Source: Bispira polyomma
Lineage: Eukaryota
Direction of reading: 5' to 3'
NCBI GenBank assembly: GCA_965649765.1
Contig: OZ287754.1
Coordinates: 37,510,001 to 37,574,000 of the forward strand
DNA length: 64,000 bases
This document shows, piece by piece, positions 27,901-40,761 of this stretch (position 1 is its first letter; each line of letters begins with the position of its first letter). The notes beneath the pieces are model-generated. The model worked only from the letters and a program-made list of their open reading frames with translations. It was not told the DNA's origin and ran no database searches. A program made the position numbers and the translations under genes.

Positions 27901-30900
27901 TATAAAAAGAACAAAGTATTTTGTAAATAAGAGATGGCATATCAATTTACATAAATAAAAATATTTATATAAAAATAACTATAAATTCAATTATATATAG
28001 AAAAAAAGTCAAAGAAGTATAGAACGTGGGCAAATATTAAACTGTACATATATACTCTTTGTCATAATATCTACTTCACCATAGTTTATAGGAGAACCCC
28101 AACATAACTATGTTTTGATACCTTTTATTTAAACATTAAACAAAAGTTATATATATTAAGGCCTCCATAATGTGGGGAAAAATATTAATTTAGTTGTTTT
28201 TTAAGTCACTTTTAACAGCTGAGGTCATATCACGAAAGCCAGATTAAATTATAGATGGAACTAATTCTGAAGCATTTTAATACACTGACCTACAACCATG
28301 TATTTTGCACAAGAAGCGGACACGATTCAAATCCAACTATTGGTGAGAGGCAAATAATTGTTAAGCAGGTGCTTAGGTTACCACTAGGGCACCAAGGTCC
28401 CTAGCCCTTCAATAGATATTTTAACAGCATATAAAAAATAAGAAAAAATTTGTGATTTACCATGTTTGTTACTGTGATACAAATTTTACTTTACTTGCTC
28501 TTGAAATGATTCATTTGGATTAATTTCAGGTTGCCATGACGACCTATTCCACGAATGCTACTTTGGAGTGGTGCTATGATGGGATTGAGACCACATCCAA
28601 ATCAAAGTTAAATGCTGCTGTGGAAGATCTAATACTAAAAGGAGCTTTCACAAACACTGTGGAAGCTTTACAAAAGGCTACCGGATGTCAGCAGTCACCT
28701 TCAAACAGGTAGCAAATAAGCTGATATATTTCTGATTCTATTTCCTAACATATTTATTTAATACAAGTCAAGTGCTGAATTGATTGGAATTTAACCCAAT
28801 GAGAGCTTGCACAAACACTGTGGAAGCTCTACAAAAGGCTACCGGATGTATGCAGTCACCTTCAAACAGGTAGCAAATAAGCTGATATATTTCTGATTCT
28901 ATTTCCCAAAATATTTATTTAATACAAGTCATGTGCTGAATTCATTGGAATTTAACCCAATCAGACAGGTACTGGCTGATTCTAATGTACATATTTCATT
29001 TTATTGGTTTGTAAAATACAAAACAACTAGGTTTTAAGTTTGCCTTAATACAATAAGTGAGTATCTTTGCTGCGGATTGAGGTCCTATTAAACCTTGGTT
29101 TATTTGATTGGTGTATCATGTCTGGACTATCATGGCTGCATATTGGGGGGAGGGGGTAATAATAAGTAATTAATATGAATAACCTATAACCAGTGATCTC
29201 TTATATTTTGAAGGCCTGAGGCCCCAAATGTATGCATTGTCATGACAGATGGGAGGACAACACATAATGTAGCGCAACTTCCAGACGTGGCAGCTAAATT
29301 TAGGCAATATTGTGACAAGTAAGTCAATGGATCTGTGTGTATCCAGACTTTGTTTGATTTAAAGCACCAATTACGGAATCACCCTGTATAACTAGATTAT
29401 AGTAAGTTTCTGTCTGTATGGGTCTGTCATTACACTCAAATCACCTTGTATGACTAAATAATAGTAATTTTCTGCTTGTATGGGTCTGTCTTTACATTTT
29501 GAATTCCTTGTATAAGTGCAATCATATCGTTCATTTGAACAATTAAATACTTACTTTAGCCATGGAATAACAACGAATGTTTTCTGGCAATGATGATTTC
29601 AGAATGGTCGTGATTGGTGTGACAACAACTTTATCAGAGGATGAACTAAAACTAATTGCTGGTCCAGGTGGGAGCATATTTGAGGTGGATGACTACCAAG
29701 CCCTGCAATCCATCTTGAGTAACATCAGAAAGGTAAGATGGTTTGCCTTTAGACATTACTTAGAATCAGGTTGAAGTACTCTTGGACAAAGGACCACTTT
29801 GAATGCCACGAACTTTTCAAGAGAACTTGTGATATAGATCATTGGTGAATTAGTATTCAGATTGGCAAATTTTAATGCCCAATACCCAATGTTAAACATA
29901 ATGCCAAATGTGTTACAATGGAAAAAACTCAAGGAGTAAAAACGTGGTAGAATTCAAATGTTTTAAGTTGTGAGGATAAAACGGAATCTGCTAAGCTAGC
30001 ACCATCAGACAGACCTGAATTCCAGAATGAATTTTAGGTCATCACGGTTACATTGTAGAGACACAATGTGTACTTTTCATTTAGTGAGTGCAACATTTTG
30101 AGATATTTAAAAAAAAGCTTTTTTCACAATAAATAGGAGAAAGCTACTTATTAATGACCGATGCTAAACTGAAAAAAATGCAGGTTTGTAATTATGTATC
30201 TCTTTCTGTCTCTCTATAGGAAATCTGTGTGGGAGGAAAGAAGCCTATGGAAGAGAAGTGTTGTAAGTATGCTACAGTACCTAAGAGGTTACTTTTAAGA
30301 AGAGACTTACTTTATAAGTAGAAATTTGAATTTCATTCTAGCTATTTAAACTAGTGGGTTTGGATAGAAAAACATTGCTTACAATTAAATTTGTATCATA
30401 ACTAAAAATTGGTCAATAGCGAAACATAATTTAAGTGAATTTCTTTAAAATGTAAAATAGTGAAATTTCCTTTAAGCTAAAATGTTTACATATATACAAG
30501 TATTCTGAATATATTTGCATTTGTTACCCCAATTCATGCTTCAGATAATTTCATTTTCTTAGTGAAGACAAACTATCCGAATAAAATAGAATGCAAATTG
30601 AGCAATGCTAATCTTTATTTTCAAAATGTACTGTTCTTTTCAATGTTGACAAATTAGCAATTTGAATAAGAAATATTTTAGAAAAATATTCTGAATAACT
30701 GTTAAATAAAGTTTCACATGTTATGCACAACTTTGGCCAGACAAAAAATGTTGACATCTGGAAAACTACTGACAAGAGGATATATTTCATCAATGCTGTT
30801 CTGAAATGGCCTTAGTTTATATTATCAATAACTGCTCCCAATTGTTTATTCATTGGGGTTTATAGAATTTAATAAAAGAAATGTGTAAACAAAGCTATTT

Positions 30901-31895
30901 TTTAACATAATTTGCTTAACTGTAGATGTAAAATAGATCAATACAATTACATGTTTCAGATTTTATTAAATTACAGGTGTGTAAAAAAATGAATAAAATG
31001 ACCTTTTTCAGATATTACTAGACTACAAGTGTATGAAATAGATTAAATTAAGTAAAGTGTATTCCATACAATGACGGGACTTTCCCCGTTATTGTTGCTT
31101 TTTATAGAAACTAGAAGAATACTTTATCTAGTTGATCAATGACTTTTCAATTAAATAAAACTGACTAAAAGTTCTGCCAGAGTGAAGAAATTTGAAATAT
31201 TCCCGACATCGGCTAGTATTTAATTAAAAAAAATCAGAGCTGCCACTCACAAACATTTTTAGGATGCAATTGTAACAATTGTCTTCGCCAATCAGATGCT
31301 TTGAAAAAATATGTTAAGCCAATCAAATTGGTTGAAACAAATTAAATTGAAGAATATTTTTGTTTGGGAATCTGCCCCTTGAATTTGCTTGGTCCTTTTA
31401 CCCACACCTCTTGGCAAGAGGTACATCCGGTTATTAATAATCAGTATTAACAGAACATCAACAACATGTAATGCTAAACCTTAAGTATTTATGATAATAT
31501 TGGAAATACACTCTACAGAAAGTGGACTAGAGCAAGCAAACCATAATAAGAAGCTCTAATGTAAACTCTACAGTATCCCTATCTTTAATCAAACTGTATA
31601 TTGAATTTAGTTATATTAAGCTCTTCTAAAATGAATGGTTACAAGTATAATTTATGTCCCTATACAGAGACTTGTACCCTCATTTCAGTTGGGCCTGGGT
31701 TTCAGCTTGATATTTTGGGAGAATACAGATCTGCGAGTATAATTCTTAGTATATAATGTGTATATAATAAAGCATAGATTGAATGGTTTGGTTTTACTAT
31801 TAATCATCACAGTCTGCTGTTGTACCCCGGCGCAGTTCTTTGGTGGGGGCGGAGCTTATTACTACACTGATCCTTATGACCACCATCATTATTAA
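24934..31895 (+). CDS. Secreted Cys-rich single-VWA-domain protein, paralog 1 (299 aa, 8 coding exons)
   Basis: Hand-spliced join(24934..24976,26432..26614,27452..27585,28530..28708,29214..29318,29603..29732,30220..30262,31813..31895) = 900 nt, all GT-AG introns, open frame. Signal peptide MNSLFVLVLVAATCGTGLG; His6; CDIC-x14-CGCCPWPCCCKC; VWA with LDIMWVLDSSGSIG, TNT, VCIVMTDG, VVIGV; C-terminus CFCCCTPAQFFGGGGAYYYTDPYDHHHY*. Exon structure mirrored by paralog 2. Confidence 0.92.
24993..25192 (-). mobile_element. SINE family B copy in intron 1 of paralog 1
   Basis: TTTAACACCGCTTTCAAC...GGTCATGTCACG...GGTCAAGACTCTACACT is the reverse complement of the family B 3' part. Confidence 0.6.
26845..27103 (+). 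mobile_element. tRNA-derived SINE, family B (best-preserved copy)
   Basis: A box GTGGCCTAGTGG, B box GTTCGAATCC, 3' ATATAACCTAA...GTGGACGTTAAA and a poly(A) tail. Confidence 0.8.
27632..27820 (+). mobile_element. SINE family B copy
   Basis: GGGGCCGTGACGGCCCAGTGGTTAG...TTCGAATTC...GATATAACCTACACTGTTGAAAGTGACGTAAAA. Confidence 0.65.
28642..28963 (+). repeat. 161-bp tandem duplication spanning the exon 4 / intron 4 boundary of paralog 1
   Basis: Units 28642-28802 and 28803-28963, highly similar. Confidence 0.9.
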
Positions 31896-32939
31896 TGATG
31901 GACGAAAATCATTTGGATCATCTGACATGACTTGGTAAGTGCCAACTGTATACCACATGTAACATATACCATACCACAATGTAGTATATTCAATTGCTCA
32001 AAATATACTTTTGGGCACCATTTTAGATGACATTGTAACTAGCTTAGCAAAAATTCTGAAAATTATAAAATTGTATCTTGAATTTCTATTAAATTCAATG
32101 ACGTAACTGGTTTCATATGGCTTAGTAATCCTTCAGAAAGGTACACATTTTAAAACATTTAAAAACATATCTATCTGAAGGTATTATTTTGTACTTAAAG
32201 TGACTATAGACTTATATATTGTCATTTCCAAGAAACAGCTACTGTTTATCACTTGTTATCAATGTAATAGGTGATTTGCTAAAAGCCAAATTTAATTTTT
32301 ATGGAATGTATAAAAAATCATTGTGTTTGGTGTGTATATTATTGAATAAAAATAATCAAAAAAGTTTTCATTGGAAATTTACAATGTTATTGGATGACAA
32401 TCATGACGATCAGGTTAACATGCACCGATTGGCCCAACACAATATATTCACTATTTGCACATGTTCCCTAATGTACGTGAATGTCTGTTTACATAAATGT
32501 AATTACCCTTTGGAATTATGCCAATTGTAAAGTTGTTGCACAAATTGTGGGTCATATGGTCTAGTGGTTAGGGAGTTCGTCAGGAGATTGGAGGGAGCAT
32601 GGTTGAACTCCCAGTAAGTCACAATGATTATTGGAAGACAGCATCTGGAATCTGAATACACAAATGCTTTCTAAAGATAACACCTATCAGTTAACTACTC
32701 TTAATGTTAGATGTCTCCTATGTGTTCTGTTTAGTGGTTCCAGGTAGAAGGGCAGATCAGTATTTGTTTTTTTGGCAGAGTGGGGAAACATTGGCGGAGG
32801 TATACACTCTACTCGATGCTCTACTAATTTATTACAATTCTGTTACACCAGTTGTTACATTGGTCAGTGGGTAGTGGTGGGTAATCACACTATAGATCAG
32901 AAAAATGCTTACAAGCTGCCACTATCTGTATATTTTCAG

Positions 32940-33550
32940 ACTGTGAACTATGGACGGAATGACAATGACAAAGCCCTTTGCCTTTAGAAAAAATACCAAG
33001 ATATACCCATGATACATCAACATATAATGAGTGTGTACAAGATCGTATGGTCGTACAAGAACAAGAACAAGAAAAGAAGCAGAAAAAGGCCCAGCTACCA
33101 AAAGCAACTTAAATTTTGTTACCTTAAAATTAACTATAGAATGGAAGGTTTTTAATCTGACACAAGTGTTCTTGCTATGGTGTTAACTTTTGTTTCTGAG
33201 CATTCTCTGAGATTTTTTATTATCTAGCAAACGTGGACTTTATTCTAAAATCATAGTGGGACTCTTTGTAAAAGTCCAGAGATCATCCATTATTGGAACA
33301 TGTTAAACATGTACTTCATTCATTTTGGTTCCAAATATATATGCAATTGTTGATGTGTTGTATGAGTTATCAAAATTACCATTGTTCATTATGGGTATAT
33401 TAAAGTGTTTGCCTTAGATTTTAATATCGATATTTGTTACATTAACTGGTAAATACATTCAGAAAGCTTAAAAAAGATTATTTTTGTCACAATTGCCTTT
33501 ACTTACTGTGATTGTCATTGCGATTGTAAATAAATCCCTTTGTAAATAAA
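32940..33550 (+). other. Probable non-coding terminal (3'UTR) exon of VWA paralog 1
   Basis: Consensus donor G|GTAAGT at 31935, 39 nt after the stop codon; acceptor TATTTTCAG ending 32939; two AATAAA near 33529 and 33545. Confidence 0.45.
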
Positions 33551-35589
33551 CCCTACCAAGCAGAAATTGGTGTTGTTTCTTTCTATAGAATCAATACAAA
33601 TTGATTAGTTTATACACTAAATTTATTTCAAACTGACCTTGCTTAATAATGTCTGTCTCTACAATTCAAAACTTCAACTGCTTTTGGACTGGCTATGGTA
33701 ATTACACTTATATTTTACAGTGGGTTTTTTCTGGGCTTGACAGGGTCAGATATCAAACTGTATCCAATATCTTGGCCTATAACAACAAAACAAAATGTTT
33801 TATGACAAACACATAGGTGAAAATAGTACAGATCCAAATTGTCTGTGTCTTGCATTTGCCATAAGTGATGTAATGTTGATCCTATTAAACTGCAGTTCTA
33901 AAAGAGTCTGTGGATGTTATTACTTCGATAACAAACATGTAAAACCTCCTGCTTGTGAAGGGGAGTCTGCTGTTTCTAAAATCATTTACTAGTGTCTTAA
34001 TTTTGTCTGACAGATGACAATACATTAAATTACAAGTATTTATACGCTTTGTTCTCTTCTATATGATGCTCCATATGGTTCTGTGCATGGACCCCAAAAA
34101 CGTAAAGTTTCACATCATATTTATGCCTCCATGCATTTTGGCTCTTATTTAGATAATAATGAGAAATGCACCAAGTTTACACTTATGAAACTCTACAACT
34201 CGGCTATTATTGTTTGGTACTAATCACAAATCTGAGCAACATACAGCACTATTTACCCATTAGGTTGTCAGACAGTCGTCTGTTCAGAATGCTCGAATGT
34301 ATACCATCTGCAAAACTGTTAAAAACTGTTATCCTCAGCGACAAATGTATAAAAAAACTACATTATCCTCTAGTCCAATAATAAATCTTTTTCAAAACCA
34401 ATGTTCTTACATTTAAAGCAGTTAACTTTGGTAGTTTACCAGTGTACCTATGCCATTTAGTGCAATTTTGTTGACTCACTTGTGGACAAGAGTTTTTTTT
34501 TATTAAAATTACATTGGCGCACATTGTCACTAACATCCCTCAGTTTAGCCGGGTCAATTGCGTCCAACTAATTCATAAAGGTTTACATATTATTTCCAAC
34601 ATGACGGCTGTGCCTGATAATCGCTTGATAATATAAATCTGACATCCCTCAGTTTGGACTGATTGATTGCTTCCAACAAATTCACGAATGACTTACATAT
34701 TATTTATGTAATGGTGGCGCCCTTATCAGGGTTAGAACAACATCAGGTTACGCCAGATAAAAATACCTGCCTTAATATATGATTATGCCTTCCAATAACT
34801 ATCTATCTAGTGTCTCCACTGAAGCATCCACTTCAGAATGGAACAACACTTTCTCCATCCATCTGTACAATGTTTTGGGAGTGTGTATTTGCGAGTATTA
34901 GATGCTACAGAAGCTAATACATTACATCACATATCATCATCTACCATCTACTATAAATTACATTTAAACAATTATGTAATGAGGGGTAAGGTTGATCCGA
35001 AAAAAATCATTTACCCCACCCGTGTACAGAATCTAATAGGGCATATTTATTTTGATGTTTCTGATTATTTACTATGTTAATTCAGATTTTTTAGTCAATA
35101 TACATCATCTTAGTTGTAATTGAAGATATAGAGTCAGGTCCAGTAATCATATAAACTATATTCAGAGAACCTAATTTAATACTTACAAAACAAATTACAT
35201 TTAAGACGCCAAACCTCTGGTCAAACTATATTCTAACTAGTTCAGTGACTGTAAAGCAGCATCATTTGGCAGACTCTATCACTTTGTATATGTATTTATA
35301 ACATCAATATGATGCATTAAAATCTATTGAAACACATGAACTTTTTAAAAGAAACAGACATAATAGAAAACTGGATGCACTCATTGAGTAAAGAAGTAAT
35401 GTATCTTTACACCGGGTTGTTCCTACCACAGAGAACCTGGCATGCTATATTTTTAAACAATATATATCTAAAATTGAGAATGATGACAATTCGGGAACAA
35501 TGATAATACTCCATTTATAGCTGTGTTTAGTGTCTCACTTACATTTGTGACTAAATGCCTGGACATTCGTATCACTCCTATTAGAAATA

Positions 35590-36540
35590 TTTTTAAGTTT
35601 TCATGTGGGGATGGTATTTTACCTGTTGTTTAAAACCGCTTATGTTGCCCCCATACTGAAAAAATAGGGCTTGACAAAAATGAGATGAAAAATTTAGACC
35701 AGTGTCCGCTTCAGTTTTTTTTATCTGACTGACTACCTGCGACCATCTTAATACACAAAACTTTAGAAACTCACACGATTCTGCTTACAGAAAATTTCAC
35801 TACATAGAAAGTGCCCGCCTTTCCATCAGAAATAATATCAACATTGCATTAGGACATGATTAAAATGTCTCTTGACCATGGTTTACTATTTGGCACATTT
35901 AAACAGTGCTTTTGATTAAATGGCACTGTCCTTAATTGGATCACATCCTGTCTGGCTCTCAGAACCCAAAATCAAATCAAGTGACTATTTCTCATCCTTC
36001 AACCAACCACTGAGTGTATCCCAAAGATCGGTCCTTGTGCCTCTAATTTGTTAACCTATACACACTGACGTCTCTCCATACCTTAAAAGTTACATTGGCT
36101 TACTATTCATTATCAAATTGTGTTTAAAATTCAAGTCAACACTGTCAACACTGATGTCTCTCATCATGCCTCCTACCTTGCTACCTGTCTTTCCTTCAGT
36201 AATGTTAAGAGGGGAAATAGACTACTGTTGCCTCTGTAAAACCCACCAAGAGTGCTGGATCTAGAGATTTCTCAATTGTTTTCCCTATGTTATGAAATAG
36301 TCTCCCAGTTGCGCTTAGATCACTAGAAACACTTTCTTGGTTTAAGAAAAAAGTTGAACCTAATTTAACCTATCTCTTTAAACTCACTTACCCCCGTAAT
36401 TCTCTCCCTGTACACCAGACATCCTTCCTTACAACTTGGCTATGTTTTATAAACCTATTGATTGGTTAATTGATTCTGCTGTCTGGGCTTTAGATGATGT
36501 TTCACATCAATAAGGCACGTCCAAATTATTGGATGTTTAA
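35590..36540 (+). mobile_element. Decayed L2/CR1-clade LINE with internal deletions
   Basis: FKTAYVAPILKK.GLDKNEM..RPVS, SAYRKFH, PQRSVLVPL and LKKLHWL fragments. Confidence 0.65.
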
Positions 36541-36664
36541 GTGAACTGAAGATAATTTAAGATTTTAAGAACTACATTACATTGCTAAATGAAAAGTGAT
36601 TACAACCTTTTGAGAAAAGCCTTTGTAATTATAGTAGAGTGACCCTGTTCTTAGAACACCTTAT

Positions 36665-37045
36665 GGCTACATGTTTCCCATAAATTGCCCCAAGGAAGCA
36701 AGCTGTCTGGCAACGTCATCTGCTGTGTTTGGGCAGTGCTGTACTTCTTGGCGGTATTCCTCATACAGGGTCATAAAGACATTTTTGACAATCTTTAAGA
36801 TGGTGTTGGCAGCTTTGTGAAAGTTTTTTTTAATTTTGTGGAATTTATATGAATTATCAGATGTCACATGACTCAGGATGATGACCTGTTTGCAGGCTCC
36901 TGAAACATCGATGGGTTGACCCTAACAAATTTCTTGAAAACTGCCATGTCCTTAAAGGCCAACTTAATCATCAAATTCTCTTAATGATCATATAAAAGCC
37001 TTATCAGAGAGCAGCTTCTAACCCAAATGCTATAGTTTTGTTGAA
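36665..37045 (-). pseudogene. Harbinger transposase (HARBI1-like) relic
   Basis: Translates to ...SDNSY...AANTILKIVKNVFMTLYEEYRQEVQHCPNTADD, matching the LA(T/S)GxSY...xxNTISxxVxxVCxAI...CPxTxxEW pattern of Harbinger transposases. Confidence 0.7.
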
Positions 37046-37169
37046 ACCATCGATACATGGCATAGTTTTGCTGACTATAGCAGTCAAAAGTTCCAGAAAT
37101 TCCAGAATGTCAGCAGCATTCATATATCTGGCCATCACATATTTGTATAACCACCAATAGACCAACTAA

Positions 37170-37990
37170 AAACTAGACCTAGAGCATCGGAGAACCGATG
37201 CATATTTGAATCCACCAGAAAGACAAAGCACCCTAGGTAGCAAACACCCTAGCTAGCATCCTAGCTAGAAGCTTATAATTTCCTATAGGGTATTCATGCT
37301 AAAGCCTTGAATGGCACAAGTGAGTTTCACTTTGCAAACCTGTGGGACCAATAATAGTGTGAGATAGGCACTTTAAACTTTGACCTACCCGTTTGGCCTT
37401 GCTCGAAGGGTCCAAGGTCAAATCCGACAACAGCAAAAGATTCCCAGGCCATGATTTTCTATAGGTTGGTTTGGCACTCTAAACCTCTGGAACCAATAAT
37501 AAATGAGATATGGACACTTTTGAGTTTGGCCATCCGCATTTGACATTGAATGAGGGACCTAAGGTCAAATCTGAGCACATCAAAAGATTCCCTGCTCATA
37601 ATTTTCTATAAGTTGGCTCACATCCTAAACCTCTACGACCAGTAATAAGCCAGATAAAAGCACTTTTAGGTTTGGCCAAAATCTGTCCCCTGTTGGTACT
37701 TGAGCACTATGTCGACGACCTTGAATGAGGAAATGCAAGGTCAAATATCTGCATGCTTATACAAGACTTGTATATAAGTTAAACATATTACCCGTAAAGA
37801 GATTCAACCTTCTACAACTGAGCAACAGACACAGTTAAAAGCCTGATTATTCAAAATGAGGCCAAAATTACTCTCAGGCAAGGTAATAAAGAAGATTTCC
37901 TGTAAATTTCAGGAGACTAAATGTAAAAGTTTTCCCAGGAGTGCGGGAATGGTAAAATCTCTACACCCCTGACTCAGCTGCGATGGCGAT
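37170..37990. mobile_element. Probable Helentron-associated (HINE/DINE-1-like) element with ~147-bp internal tandem repeats
   Basis: AACTAGA start, hairpin GCATCGG-AGAA-CCGATGC, AAGGTCAAAT recurring at 37414, 37561 and 37737; absent from the paralogous segment. Class assignment is by structural resemblance only. Confidence 0.5.
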
Positions 37991-38441
37991 AATCTCCCCA
38001 GCTGGAGATCTCGATAAGAGGTTGCGGTATGTTCCCAAAGTAACTACTTGGGCTGCAGTGGTTGTACAGTGAAAGTACAGGTTACAACGGGTAATGCACG
38101 GTTATCATAATTGGTTGCAATTGGTGGCAAGCACCTGAAATGTGATAATTTCACTGGTTTCAAGATGAACGCAAATGGATTACTCTGACTTGCAATAATT
38201 GCACTTTCAAATGCAAACCTACCATATTTAGAGCAAAAGTGGCATTATTTTGAGAATCAAAATGCTCGCAACTAAATCGCACAAAAATATTGTAATTAGG
38301 TTGCAAAAGTGGGACAGGGCCAAGGTGAGAACACTTTCTGGTTTCAGGATAAAACTTAAACCTAAATCAAAATCGTTTACCACCTTTAATTAGAAAAAAT
38401 TCATTAAATTAAGTATTCTGTTCCACGTACATTCTGTCTTA

Positions 38442-39064
38442 TGCTGTGGTCACACTGAGTAAGTTCGTGCTATGTGTTTTTTTTTTTTGTAAATGGGAGA
38501 AAAGGAAGTAAAACACTGTGGGAAAAACGCAGCAAAAACCTATGCATGGGCCGTTTTGTACACGTTCAGTACGCATCTGTACACGTTTGTAACACATTTA
38601 ATATGTTTTAATAGCTGTTTTAATTATGTTTAACTCGTTGACCACATTTTAATAATATGTTAGCCTCATTAGCCATGTTTTAGAAATACGTTAGCCACGT
38701 TTCTAAATCTGTTTTGTCTCGTTCTCCTCGTTTTTAGCGTTTGTAAACCCATTTCGTTCTTGTTCTCCTCATTTTATAGTATTATTTGTATCTATAGTTT
38801 GTTTTACTCCCGTTCTTCATGTTAAATACGCATTGAATATGTGTCATACGTTTGCCATAAACGCACCACTTGTTTTTGGAAAATTTTCATCCAACGGCTA
38901 AAAACGTAAAAATTTTCGAGCAGTCTGAAAAACAGGAGAACACTAAACTAAAGGTACCATGTTTTACTTACGTTACTTATGTTTTACTTATGTTCACAGC
39001 GTTTTAGCTTACGTTAGCCATTGTTTGTGCGTAATCGAAACGTAAGGCCAGTGTGACCACTGCA
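38442..39064. mobile_element. PIF/Harbinger-type MITE (related TIR)
   Basis: TIRs TGC(T/A)GTGGTCACACTG; flanks TTA/TTT; ACGTT-rich interior; absent from the paralogous segment. Confidence 0.75.
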
Positions 39065-40677
39065 TTTAACTTAATAAATTATGAAATATTTTCCTGTGTT
39101 GACCACTGTACCATTATGGTTCTCTTCCATGTAAAGACATATTATTTTTTATTTAATTCTAGTTTTAACAGTTATTGATATTTCATTAAAACCAGCTGAA
39201 TTCACGATTTTTTTAAAAAAATTTAAACTGTTAAAATTGTTGGTATGGTTTATGGTCCAAACATAAAAATTCTACCTTTGGTATTTCAGAGAAAAGAGAA
39301 AAGCCATTTTGGGCCCCTCTTATGTTGGCTAAGCTTTAACTAATACTTATATACATAATACTTGACAAATACTTTAAGTACAATACTTAAGTCTGCCAAC
39401 AAGTTAGTTTCAGACTTTAAGCTCATAGCAGACACCTTGCCGACATACTGACAAACACTCTGTGGCTAGTTTCACCCAATCAATGGGACTATTCTCTGCT
39501 GTCTACACTTATTACAATTAGTTATTACACCATTCCATTATTTGTTTGGTTAAATTCTATATATTCTTTTTATGTAAATTATTGAACAGTGGATTCAATA
39601 GCATCTTAATTATACCATCTTTTTCTACTTCATCAAGGTAATAAATGAGTGTCACACACAATGCTGATTTCTTTGAACATTGTTACCGTGTCACTGTCTT
39701 TAGAGACTGTGACTCATAAATTTTAATTATCTGCATTCAGTGTCATGCCAATAAACCAATTGGAAGTTTTCAAGATTGCAAATCAAACTTTGAAGGTATA
39801 TGCAATAATTTTTCAAATTAGAATAATGGATGACATGATGAATATTGGGTGAAAACAAAAATATGATTAATGAGATGTACGTACAATGTATTGCCTTATA
39901 ACAATAGTTATTACGTATTGTTGTGACAGTCATTGCTCTATGCGTTGACATTATTCACATAACTGCTATTTCTTACTGAACTATTCTGCATTGAACCTAA
40001 AGAGTTACAACAATAAAATTGTTTATGATACTTGCAATCATTGAAAGGGGTATTTCTTCTGTTGAACAAAGGCCTAATAAATAAGAATGGACCTGAAGAG
40101 ACTGCTTCATTTAGATTCTGTGCAATTTATTTCCTCAGCCCCTAAACCATTATTACTATGTGTTACTTATATATATATATATATAGAGAGAGAGGTATAC
40201 AGATATTTAAACAACAACAACAAACACTTCAAAAGGTTAGAAAAAGTGTAAATATATTTTGGTTTTCTGTTTGTTTGGTTCCAACCCTACTTTTGAATAA
40301 TATTAGAATTATCTGATAAACTTAGACTCACTTATCAATTCTTGAGAAATTTATTCCCTTATCAATTATGTGATCAATTTGTTCTCTTTACTCAATCTTT
40401 CGTTTTTAGGGGGTCAATATTGTTATTATTCTGTAAAGACTGATTTAATATTACCCAGTATTTGATATTGAAGGCTTAAATAAAGAGATAATGGTTGTGT
40501 CAAAAGTAATAGAAACTGGTGAAATCTCTCACAGCGTCATCATAGATGGAATAAAAACACAAAAAATGCAACAATTTAATCACACCAATTAAAACATTGT
40601 GTTTGGCCATTATCATTATTGCAGCAATAAGAAAAATTCGCAAATAAAGGAAACATTGGTTTTTGTCCAAACATGGT

Positions 40678-40685
40678 TATATAAA
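40678..40685 (+). promoter_or_regulatory. TATA box of VWA paralog 2
   Basis: TATATAAA about 80 nt before the ATG, followed about 25 nt later by Inr-like ACAGTT; conserved in paralog 3. Confidence 0.65.
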
Positions 40686-40761
40686 CACCCCTCTCACCAG
40701 GACAGTTACTGTACATCTGACTGTCAATGACATACATACGTACATACAACTAAGCCAGACC

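Noticed and set aside
35405-35460. PTTENLACYIF resembling the QueD/PTPS motif
   Set aside because: Short isolated match flanked by stops, with none of the other family motifs.
37270-37760. Regularly spaced repeats as a CRISPR-like array
   Set aside because: Whole ~147-bp units are repeated with no unique spacers, and the context is eukaryotic.
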